Shown: positions 1-8,109 of the stretch, piece by piece
Layout of the letters: every line of letters starts with the position of its first letter
Position numbering within the stretch: position 1 is the stretch's first letter
Assembly: GCA_049509455.1 (NCBI GenBank)
Contig: JBEKZX010000001.1
Coordinates: forward strand, 99,110-163,109
Source: Conexivisphaerales archaeon
Lineage (GTDB): Archaea; Thermoproteota; Nitrososphaeria; Conexivisphaerales; DTJL01
DNA: 64,000 nt
Direction: 5' to 3'
Program-made: the position numbers and the translations under genes
Notes under the pieces: generated by a model
Told to the model about the DNA's origin: nothing
Seen by the model: the letters and a program-made list of their open reading frames with translations, nothing else
Databases searched by the model: none

Positions 1-901
1 AAGCCCTGACGCGTTCCTCCTTGTACGCCGAAAGGTTCCTCGCCGACACCCCCGCATCGATGGTGGGGATGGGGACGCCGAGGTCCAGGGCCGTCTGAGA
101 CGTCCACTTGCCGGTCCCCTTCTGCTTCGCCCGGTCCAAGATCATCTCCACGAGGGGCCTCCCCGTCATCGCGTCCACCTTGGAGAGGGCCTGAGCTGTG
201 ATCTCCATCAGGTAGGACTGCAGCTCGTGGTCGTTCCAGTAGGCGAAGTAGTCTCTGGCGGTCCCCACCTTCATGCCCAGTCCTGCCACTTGGAGGTCGT
301 AAGCCTCCGCGATGAGCTCCATCAGGGCATATTCGATTCCGTTATGGACCATCTTGGTGAAGTGGCCGGCGCCGCCGGGACCTAGATAGGCCGAGCAGAC
401 CCCCGAGGTGGTCCTGGCAGCTATCCTCCCGAAAATGGTCTTCACCTGCTCATACGCATCCTTGGGTCCTCCGGCCATGATGCAGGGTCCCTTCAGGGCG
501 CCCTCCTCCCCTCCGCTTACGCCTACCCCTAGGAGGTGCAGCCCCAGTTCGGAGGCCTCCTTTGCGCGACGTTCCGTATCTCTGAAGAACGAGTTCCCCG
601 CGTCCATGAGGATATCTCCCTTCGAAAGCAATGGCGACACCTGATTGATCACCTGGTCGACTGCCGGGCCGGCCGTGACCATCATCAGGATCCTCCGCGG
701 GGATTCTAAGGCGTCAAGGAAGGCGGAGAGGCTGTAGGTCAGCATGACGGTCATCGATTTCTCGACCCGACCTTCGAACTCCTTGGTCCTTTCCGAGGTC
801 CGATTATAGACCGCCACCGGGAAGCCCTTCCCGGCCATGTTCAGGGCCAGGCTTTCGCCCATGGTGCCCAATCCGATTACTCCGATCTGAGCCTTAGGCA
901 A
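1..901 (-). CDS. gnd: 6-phosphogluconate dehydrogenase, decarboxylating (long, bacterial-type); 3' end runs off the window
   Basis: Manual translation from TTG at 901: Rossmann motif IGVIGLGTMGESLALNM, VYNRT, signature GAGHFTKMVHNGIEY, and QKGTGKWT. Confidence 0.93.
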   Translation of the reverse strand, partial: MPKAQIGVIGLGTMGESLALNMAGKGFPVAVYNRTSERTKEFEGRVEKSMTVMLTYSLSAFLDALESPRRILMMVTAGPAVDQVINQVSPLLSKGDILMDAGNSFFRDTERRAKEASELGLHLLGVGVSGGEEGALKGPCIMAGGPKDAYEQVKTIFGRIAARTTSGVCSAYLGPGGAGHFTKMVHNGIEYALMELIAEAYDLQVAGLGMKVGTARDYFAYWNDHELQSYLMEITAQALSKVDAMTGRPLVEMILDRAKQKGTGKWTSQTALDLGVPIPTIDAGVSARNLSAYKEERVRA

Positions 902-972
902 GGTCCCGCTCCATCCAGTTGTCTGCCTCACATCCGCTTTTTTGTGTTGCGACCAAGGCCCTCTCGGAAGCG

Positions 973-1629
973 TTATGTCTCGGCGACGACCGTGCAAGGT
1001 GCGCTGTCGATGCCTTCGACGAAGAGCGGGGCTACCAGGACTCGCTTGGCCTTCTTGGGGAAACTAGCGAGGTCCATGTCCTCTATTATGAAGAAGTCCC
1101 GGCCCCGGAGCAGGGCTGAATGCGCCCTTCTCCCCTCCTCCCTGTTCTGGACCGCCGACAACGAGATGAAGTCCAGCCCCAGGGCCCTCAGACGCGGAAA
1201 CATCGACGCGAGGTAGCGCGCTGCCTCGGCCGACACGCCGGGGTTCATGGTCATGTAGGTAACCGGGTCCTTATCCCTTCGAACTTGGAATCCGGTCCGC
1301 AGGAGCAGGAGATCCGCTTTCGAGATTTCGCGATCATGACCTTCCAATTCGGCCACCGTGATGAGCTCAGATTCGCCTTTCGGCAAATCCAAGATTAGAG
1401 GGTGGACGAAAACGAAGGCATTGAACGGATACTCGCAGACAGCCTTCCCCTCATCATCTACATGCCTGGGCGCGTCGATGTGCGTCCCCAGATGGTTGGG
1501 GAAAGAGATCGAATAGCTGTTGCTCGAGCCCCCACTCCTTACCTCCTTTATCGGGGCGATCGTCAAAGAAGGGCCGGCCGCAAACGACGGAGTCTTGGCG
1601 TCCAATCTATGCGAGAGAAGGACCCACAA
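973..1629 (-). CDS. Cyclase-family (kynurenine formamidase-like) metal-dependent hydrolase
   Basis: HLGTHIDAPRH (HxGTHxDxPxH) motif; DLLLLRTG; IIEDM. Confidence 0.88.
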   Translation of the reverse strand: MWVLLSHRLDAKTPSFAAGPSLTIAPIKEVRSGGSSNSYSISFPNHLGTHIDAPRHVDDEGKAVCEYPFNAFVFVHPLILDLPKGESELITVAELEGHDREISKADLLLLRTGFQVRRDKDPVTYMTMNPGVSAEAARYLASMFPRLRALGLDFISLSAVQNREEGRRAHSALLRGRDFFIIEDMDLASFPKKAKRVLVAPLFVEGIDSAPCTVVAET

Positions 1630-2036
1630 TCCGTCATTGCGTGACCCTCATGGTATTTTTGGATATCTATTGCTGCTGGAAAAGAAATCAATATCATCTG
1701 GGTCATGCCTGACGGGCTGACGCGACTGGGCCCAGCCCATCAGATACCTACCCTTAATCCGTCTTGAAGCGTCACCACCTCGCATGGCATGATTGAGGCC
1801 CAAACCTTCGTTGAAGGAAGGGCGTCAAGCCAAAGTCGAGGCCGGTCGGCTCCAGCTATTTCTTTCGCCGCACAAACCATCTCACCCGCAGTTCCAATCG
1901 TTTTGGCTCGCCAGCATCAACAGACCAGCCGCCATTTTCGCTAAATGAGCTAACGTCGATGTTCTCCACGAGTCGTATTACGTGCCCGTGTGCTTTGGAT
2001 GCAACCTTATTAGCATGTGCAGTCAGAGCCTGAGAT

Positions 2037-3149
2037 ATGAACTGTGCTAACTGCGGAGCGCAGCTTCCCGACGATGCATCATTTTGCTCCAAGTGCGGGA
2101 GTCCCACTAATCAGGCGGCCGGCATGGGCCAGCAGACCGGCGGCGGCTCGGCTTCACAATACGGAGGAGCTGCTCAAGCCGCTGCCTCCCCCCCGAGGCC
2201 AATCATCGCTGCTTCAGGAGTGACTTCTCTGAAGTGCCCCACCTGCGGCGCTCCTTTAACTCCCAAGTTCGGCGAGATGGTGATAACATGCGAGTACTGC
2301 GGGGCCAGCGTCACTTTGGGAGCCCAAGGATGGGCTGACATACAGAAGCAGACGATGCTCGCCCTCAAAATCGCCAGTACTGACCAGGTGAATTCCATAA
2401 TCAAGCCGCTGATGGACAACGGCCTTCTTCACAGACACCTCCAGGAGAACTCCACTCTGGAGGAGATGAGCCTCTCGTATGTGCCTTACTGGATCGTCAG
2501 CGTCTCCGCCCGTACGACCGTAGTCTGCGAGAATGTCGCTGCGCAGATTGGACAGACTGCCACGACCGCCGCACTGATGGGCATCATGTTTGGCGGGATG
2601 GGCGGTGGATTCGGAGGAGGAGGTCGCGGAGGCGGCCGCAGACGCGCTTGGGACACCAGCGGGATGAGATCTATAGGCTTTTTCGGCGGAGCCTTCCTTC
2701 CAAGTCCGATCATGGCCTTCGGAATGGGGATGGGATACGGTGGCGGGGGAATGAGGAAGACCGAGCAGATGGACGCGAACTACAGTTTCCCTGTGGTTGC
2801 ACTGAAAGCGCTTACGGAGTATCAGCCGCGGAGCTATCAATTTGATCTTGAAGGCAGAACGCTGTTCGATATTACCAAGTTGCCCAAGAACATTAAGGTC
2901 CTTAACGGGGACATCAGCGAAGACGTTGCGAAATCCCAGGCGAAGACCTTGGTTGACCAGCTGCAATCGGACGGTGCGCACGCGAAATATCACATGATTC
3001 AGCAGATAAACACCCAGTCGGACGTCGGGGATGCGGAGTTGCTTCACGCTCCGATATGGTTCGCCAGATATGATCACAAGGGGAAGAAGGTCGTGCTAGT
3101 GATCGATGCAAACTCCGGCAGGGTAATCAACAGCTTAGGTTTGGAGTGA
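2037..3149 (+). CDS. Zinc-ribbon domain protein with central Gly-rich hydrophobic segment
   Basis: CANC/CSKC and CPTC/CEYC Cys pairs; YVPYW and APIW motifs; 370-aa ORF. Confidence 0.8.
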   Translation: MNCANCGAQLPDDASFCSKCGSPTNQAAGMGQQTGGGSASQYGGAAQAAASPPRPIIAASGVTSLKCPTCGAPLTPKFGEMVITCEYCGASVTLGAQGWADIQKQTMLALKIASTDQVNSIIKPLMDNGLLHRHLQENSTLEEMSLSYVPYWIVSVSARTTVVCENVAAQIGQTATTAALMGIMFGGMGGGFGGGGRGGGRRRAWDTSGMRSIGFFGGAFLPSPIMAFGMGMGYGGGGMRKTEQMDANYSFPVVALKALTEYQPRSYQFDLEGRTLFDITKLPKNIKVLNGDISEDVAKSQAKTLVDQLQSDGAHAKYHMIQQINTQSDVGDAELLHAPIWFARYDHKGKKVVLVIDANSGRVINSLGLE

Positions 3150-3254
3150 CGTGCAATCAATGGCGGCGGGATGTTGATTGCGATCGGCATTTCAAATTGA
3201 GGCGGTAGTCGATGATTCGGTCGGTTCAGACAGCCCGCACCTGATGGGAGGAGA

Positions 3255-4361
3255 ATGGACGGAATGAGGATTTCAAGAGTAATCATTATAGTTCTGGTGG
3301 TCGTCATAGTCGCGATAGCCGGTCTTTACGCATATACGAGCTTGTTCGCCCCTCAAACGAGCATTTCGCCATGGGATTCGGCAGCTGGGTATCCCCTTCA
3401 GCTTGGCGGAACGTTCGCGGTGGCCGGACAGCAGTGCGTCAGCAACGGGGCGTACGTCTATTGCATCGGGGGACAGGATGCCAACGGCGGCCCGCGCAGC
3501 GAGGTGTACTCCTCCTCAGCGATCTCTTCGTCTTCCGCTAACGTCACCGGCTGGACGTCCGACTCCAATCAGTACCCTGTGACCATAAACGGCCAATCAT
3601 GTGTGGTCTACTCCGGCTACGTGTATTGCGTCGGGGGGAGCTACGACAGCGGCGGCGATGACGTTGCCTCGAGTTATTTTGCGCCTCTGAGCAGTGGTGG
3701 CGTCGGAGGGAGCTGGAACTCAACAGCGTCGTATCCCATCCCGATAGACAGCCAGTCTTGCGTGGCTTCATCCGGATACATTTACTGCGTGGGCGGGAAT
3801 AATGAGACAGACGGCACCAACGCCGACTCCATTGCGAGCAGCTCCGTCTGGTATGCCCAGCTCTCCTCTTCGGGCATCGGTAACTGGACCGCTTCGGCAT
3901 CATATCCCTACAACCTCTATTTTTCGAGCTGTTCCGCGGCCAACGGCTACATCTACTGCCTGGGGGGCGCTGACAGCAGCGACAACGCTGTGAGCGCGGC
4001 CTACTCCGCACCTCTTTCCCCCGCTGGCGTGGGGACGTGGACGCAGACGACGGCTTATCCACTTCAAGAAAGTGGTCTGGCCTGCGCAATCTCATCGGGT
4101 TACATCTACTGTGTCGGAGGTCAGGGGCAACTGAACTCGTATACAAACGCCGTTTACTACGCTCCGATATCATCTGGAGGCATAGGGACCTGGGAAAAGG
4201 CGGCCAACTACCCCCTGAGCGTGGAGACGACCTGCGTCATTTCTTCGGGCGATCTATACTGTATAGGAGGTTTCGACGGTAGCTCGGTGGGTGAGAACAA
4301 CGCCGTACACTACATCTCCCTGGCTACGCTCTCTGGCGCGACCACGTCAGGCCAGGGATGA
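3255..4361 (+). CDS. Membrane-anchored or secreted six-bladed Kelch-like beta-propeller protein
   Basis: N-terminal hydrophobic helix; six ~55-aa repeats with C-x8-C-x-GG and W-x5/6-YP. Confidence 0.85.
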   Translation: MDGMRISRVIIIVLVVVIVAIAGLYAYTSLFAPQTSISPWDSAAGYPLQLGGTFAVAGQQCVSNGAYVYCIGGQDANGGPRSEVYSSSAISSSSANVTGWTSDSNQYPVTINGQSCVVYSGYVYCVGGSYDSGGDDVASSYFAPLSSGGVGGSWNSTASYPIPIDSQSCVASSGYIYCVGGNNETDGTNADSIASSSVWYAQLSSSGIGNWTASASYPYNLYFSSCSAANGYIYCLGGADSSDNAVSAAYSAPLSPAGVGTWTQTTAYPLQESGLACAISSGYIYCVGGQGQLNSYTNAVYYAPISSGGIGTWEKAANYPLSVETTCVISSGDLYCIGGFDGSSVGENNAVHYISLATLSGATTSGQG

Positions 4362-4486
4362 ACAAGATGGTCTTGTCCGCGTGATTTCTCGGCGCGTCGT
4401 GAAATCCGCAGGTGCCCGAGCATGAAGTTCCATCGCCGTCAGCCGCCAAGTTGACGGTTCCGTCTTGGAATCTGAAACCCGCGGAT

Positions 4487-4508
4487 ACTGAGTGATACGT
4501 CACTCAGT
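4487..4508. repeat. Perfect 9-bp inverted repeat with TACG loop
   Basis: ACTGAGTGA-TACG-TCACTCAGT read directly; function (terminator or operator) unknown. Confidence 0.75.
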
Positions 4509-4572
4509 CCAGTGAATAGAGACTCCATATCTATCTGCCGCTGGAGGGAATTACAATGGGGATCGGCCCAGG

Positions 4573-4791
4573 TCATGCTCGCAAGCGTTGGGCCAACGGG
4601 CCCCGACTAAAGCGTGGTTCTCTACGGATAGGGGGGAGACTCGCATGCAAACAGTCAAAGCAGATGATGTGTTCCTTGCCAGCGGGAACTCTTTCCACCA
4701 TCTTTCCGACTACATCATGTCCGCATAGTGTCCTCCGATCGAACGGGACCAGGTGCCACTTGGGGCTTGATTTCGTCCTGCCATATCTCAT
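4573..4791 (-). CDS. Small putative Zn-binding protein
   Basis: 72 aa with WH-x9-CG...CFDC; same strand as three upstream island genes. Confidence 0.5.
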   Translation of the reverse strand: MRYGRTKSSPKWHLVPFDRRTLCGHDVVGKMVERVPAGKEHIICFDCLHASLPPIRREPRFSRGPLAQRLRA

Positions 4792-4865
4792 ATTAGACGC
4801 CGTTAGTTAGAGCGCCGTCGCGTTATTTCAATTCTCTGTTGGGCCAGGTCATCTGTATAGTCCGC

Positions 4866-5159
4866 TCAATAGTCGCCTATCTGCCTTCCCGACCCTACGA
4901 CCAAAGCGATGCAATCGCCCACCACTTCGCCCAAGAAAAAAGAAATCAGATGCAACATGCTATCCAGTGAGAAGACGGACATCACTGACTGGACGGCCTG
5001 CTGCACGGTTGGGTTCACCTGTCCTTCGTGGATGGCCCAGAGGATTGGTACGACGATACCTGTTAATCCGACTACGGTGGTGAGAAACACTCCCCACCTG
5101 GCGCCAGCCCTCCCCCCTAGGAATAGACCCACGAATGCCATGAAAATGACGAAGAACAC
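4866..5159 (-). CDS. Small hypothetical membrane protein
   Basis: About three hydrophobic Gly-rich segments; GTG start. Confidence 0.55.
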   Translation of the reverse strand: MFFVIFMAFVGLFLGGRAGARWGVFLTTVVGLTGIVVPILWAIHEGQVNPTVQQAVQSVMSVFSLDSMLHLISFFLGEVVGDCIALVVGSGRQIGDY

Positions 5160-5215
5160 GTCACCGAAAAGGGAGAAGAAATCAGTCGAGAACGAGTCCC
5201 AGACCCAAACGATCT

Positions 5216-5839
5216 CTACGTTTCAGCCTTCAAACTCGGAATGATTTCGTTCTCCACCCAAACCTTCCCTGGCCCGGTCAGTCGATATCCGGTTGGCTCC
5301 CTGATGACATAGTTCGGCAGCTTGTACCTAGATTTGACGGTGAAGCAAGCATAGGTATTGTTGATCTTGATGCGTCTGAATCCACGATTGATGAGACGGT
5401 CAACCTGATTAGGGCCGATGGGCTCGCCAATTTCGTAAAGCAGCAAACCGATGGCTTCTTGGAAGCTCAGCTTTCTAACAGCTATTTCTGGGAATCTGAC
5501 CTCGGTCTTGCTGAACTCCAGCACCCCTGCAATACCCTTTGGAGGCAACTCTACATCTGGAAACTGTCCGCCTGTAGCGACCACGGAAGTCTTACTTGGC
5601 TTCCCTTTGACCGCCTTCGGAATAGGCGATGCATCAGTAGCACTTGCCTTGAATGAACGGGACGCTTCTATGAGCTCGTTCTTGTACATTGAGACTGTGC
5701 TCAGAGCATTCTTGATACTCGCAATGAAGGCTTCAGAGGAGACATCGGCTGTCTTCGTTGCCTTGACTCGAAACTTCATCCCATCTAGCTCGAGCTCCAG
5801 GATGACATCGACCGGAATCGGTTCCGGTCCCTTGGTCAT
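5216..5839 (-). CDS. Hypothetical protein with C-terminal winged-helix-like domain
   Basis: ATG 1 nt after upstream stop; C-terminal GYRLTGPGKVWVE resembles a wHTH wing. Confidence 0.7.
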   Translation of the reverse strand: MTKGPEPIPVDVILELELDGMKFRVKATKTADVSSEAFIASIKNALSTVSMYKNELIEASRSFKASATDASPIPKAVKGKPSKTSVVATGGQFPDVELPPKGIAGVLEFSKTEVRFPEIAVRKLSFQEAIGLLLYEIGEPIGPNQVDRLINRGFRRIKINNTYACFTVKSRYKLPNYVIREPTGYRLTGPGKVWVENEIIPSLKAET

Positions 5840-5840
5840 T

Positions 5841-6533
5841 TCAGTTGCCTCCTTCACCCGTCGGCAACGTGTACCCATAGATTCCTCCTTCCTTCACTCT
5901 CCGAAGCCTGTTTGAGCGAACGAGATATGTCAGAGCGCCTGTGATGCTGCCTTGGCTGAAATGCTGAGCATTGGACTTCATCGCCTCATCAATCTCATGC
6001 CAGGTTCTTGGTCTCTTACGACCCCAAACGCTTGAAAGAGATTTGATGATTGCGTCATTGAGCCCAGCAGGATTCCCAATATCCGGTAGCTCCTCCGGCG
6101 ACAGGTCCGTTTCTTGGTTTGCAAGCACATATGCGGAGCCCGACAGGTTGTCAAGAAGCTGACCAAGCAGAGAGTATACTATTCTGAACTCTCCACGGCC
6201 GGAGCGCTCGACATATCCGTCCGAGGCAAGCTCCGATAGCCTCTTGGAAAGAGCAATTGCGTCCACCCCAGTTTCTCTAGAAAGCTCTTCAAGGCTCATA
6301 GTGTCAGATTCAGTCTTGCCCAGTTTGAAGGCGAAGAACCGTCCGGCGAGGAACAACGATGCCAGCTCCTTCTGGCCGAGCTGACTCTTGGGTACCTGAA
6401 GAATGGTGCGTCCGCTCTTCTCTTCGATTGCAATATAGGGTTTGGACTTGGAGACGACCCTTCTGAGGATCTCCATATCATTGACGACCAGCTCACCCAA
6501 GATCTCCTTCTCTGACATAGTATCCATGCCCAT
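5841..6533 (-). CDS. Tandem winged-HTH DNA-binding protein
   Basis: MSLEELSRETG..LSKRLSELASDGYVERSGRGEF and PRTWHEI..LTYLVRSNRLRRVKEGGIYGY. Confidence 0.75.
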   Translation of the reverse strand: MGMDTMSEKEILGELVVNDMEILRRVVSKSKPYIAIEEKSGRTILQVPKSQLGQKELASLFLAGRFFAFKLGKTESDTMSLEELSRETGVDAIALSKRLSELASDGYVERSGRGEFRIVYSLLGQLLDNLSGSAYVLANQETDLSPEELPDIGNPAGLNDAIIKSLSSVWGRKRPRTWHEIDEAMKSNAQHFSQGSITGALTYLVRSNRLRRVKEGGIYGYTLPTGEGGN

Positions 6534-6601
6534 GGATTAAGTCTTATTTAAAGCTCTAGGGTGGCCCATGTATTCAGCGCCGTTTGCATCATCTTCAGAG
6601 G

Positions 6602-6624
6602 GGCATCTCATACATGGAGATGCC
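6602..6624. promoter_or_regulatory. 8-bp inverted repeat upstream of the wHTH gene, candidate operator
   Basis: GGCATCTC-N7-GAGATGCC about 70 bp upstream of the 6533 start. Confidence 0.45.
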
Positions 6625-6899
6625 AGTAAGTGCGCAAGCAAACCGTAACCAGATATATCGAAACGACATCAATCTGATTACTGAAGGCCCGCGTGAAATG
6701 CGTTAATCGACCCAGGGTTAATTCGGGAAGACCGCTAGTGATTTGGTACGACTATGCATATGCGGCCGAACACCTTCTTGGAGGATAGTCTGCTCGCCTG
6801 AATCCCCGTCGTCATCGCCAGGGAGGTGGAACCATCGCAGTACGCGACGTCTGGAGCTAGACGGACCTAACGCTGCAGGCCGGGCCGTCGGTCGGATTC

Positions 6900-7050
6900 G
6901 TACGGGGACGTACTAGCCTGATTCAACGACGGGCTTCGCAACCGGCCTCGCAATTCTTCAGTCCTTCCCCTGAGCCTTGCCCGACCACTTCATCCTAGTG
7001 GGGGAATGCTTTAGTACGAGCTAGTACAGATTCACGGTACGAGGGTGTAC
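6900..7050. promoter_or_regulatory. Three GTAC-N6-GTAC sites, candidate operator/binding array
   Basis: GTACGGGGACGTAC 6900-6913, GTACGAGCTAGTAC 7014-7027, GTACGAGGGTGTAC 7037-7050. Confidence 0.7.
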
Positions 7051-7054
7051 GAAT

Positions 7055-7639
7055 TTGAAGGGAGCAAAACTACCCGAGGAACTGGTGAACGAAGCCAAGA
7101 AGCTCAGGATGGAGGGTGGCACGTACAGGGAGATAGCCGCCAAGCTTAACCTGAGGTCCCCCAGCTCGCTGCAGCCACATCTGAAAGGCATCCCGAAAGG
7201 GAGAAGAGGAGGAACTGCAGTCATCGAGGTCCCTGTTGACCATGGCCAGCGGGTAGCTGAGGAGAAGGCTCACCGGGCGGAGACTACGGAGACAGTTGAA
7301 TGGAGTAAGACGATCGCGGAGGCCCTGTTGGAGGTGGCCCGGGCCGAGCAGAAACTAGTGCAAGAACTCGAGGCGGAGAGGGAGACCAGGGGGACGCAGC
7401 CTCACGCGGGAATCTACGACACCTTCACTTTGCAGCAGCGAGAGGCCATCAAGGACAGGCTTGACAAGTTGGAAAAGGTCGCTGCCGAGCGCAAGGACGC
7501 GCTGGAAGCCTTTGAGGCTCTCGTTACGAAAGTGAATGGTTTGGAATCAATAGATGCCGGTTTGATTGGGAACCAGGGGGCTCTCGCTAAGAGAGTGAGT
7601 GATTTGGAAGTCATAGTTGCCGGCTTGGCTATGAGATAG
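7055..7639 (+). CDS. N-terminal HTH plus coiled-coil protein
   Basis: GGTYREIAAKLNLRSPSSLQPHL HTH; E/K/L/A-rich heptad-like C-terminus. Confidence 0.8.
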   Translation: MKGAKLPEELVNEAKKLRMEGGTYREIAAKLNLRSPSSLQPHLKGIPKGRRGGTAVIEVPVDHGQRVAEEKAHRAETTETVEWSKTIAEALLEVARAEQKLVQELEAERETRGTQPHAGIYDTFTLQQREAIKDRLDKLEKVAAERKDALEAFEALVTKVNGLESIDAGLIGNQGALAKRVSDLEVIVAGLAMR

Positions 7640-8037
7640 AAGCGCTAACACAGAGACCTATGGCGTCCTCAGGGGGTCCTACCCGTCCCTCTTCCTTTCC
7701 GTCATCAAGGCCGCTCGCTGCTACGCTCTCGGGCCCAACTCCGGCGACGACGAGGTTGCGGGCTTCGAGCGGTGAGCATGGCATAATCGTGCAGACTAGA
7801 ACGGGAAAGGCTTCCGTTGAGGTCAAGAATCTCAAGAACCCTGTCTCCGGAGCGATGGTGGAGAAGTCCGCGAGGAAGGTCAGAAGAGACAGGAATATCG
7901 TGAAGAAGGGCATCTTCGTCTACAAGAGCTGCTTGGGACAAGCTCAACGATCCTGCAATTCCAGCTCCCTGAAGCTCTTAACATTCAGAAGAACATGCTC
8001 GATGGGCTCAGGTCGGCACCTTGAGTCGACTCCATGA
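7640..8037 (+). pseudogene. Degraded PD-(D/E)xK nuclease-like gene fragment
   Basis: GIIVQ..ASVEVKN..V..VEK..R..GIFV segment flanked by out-of-frame coding-like sequence. Confidence 0.4.
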
Positions 8038-8109
8038 TACGGACGGAAAGGCGCTTCGGAGTGCGAGACGAGCAAGATTAAACTATCAGGGGAGCCGCCG
8101 CAATCTGTC

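Noticed and set aside
1856-2107. 83-aa minus-strand ORF upstream of the zinc-ribbon gene
   Set aside because: Overlaps the start of 2037-3149 on the opposite strand; no recognisable family.
6900-7050. GTAC repeats as a mini-CRISPR
   Set aside because: Repeats are far too short and irregularly spaced, and no cas genes are present; kept as an operator array.
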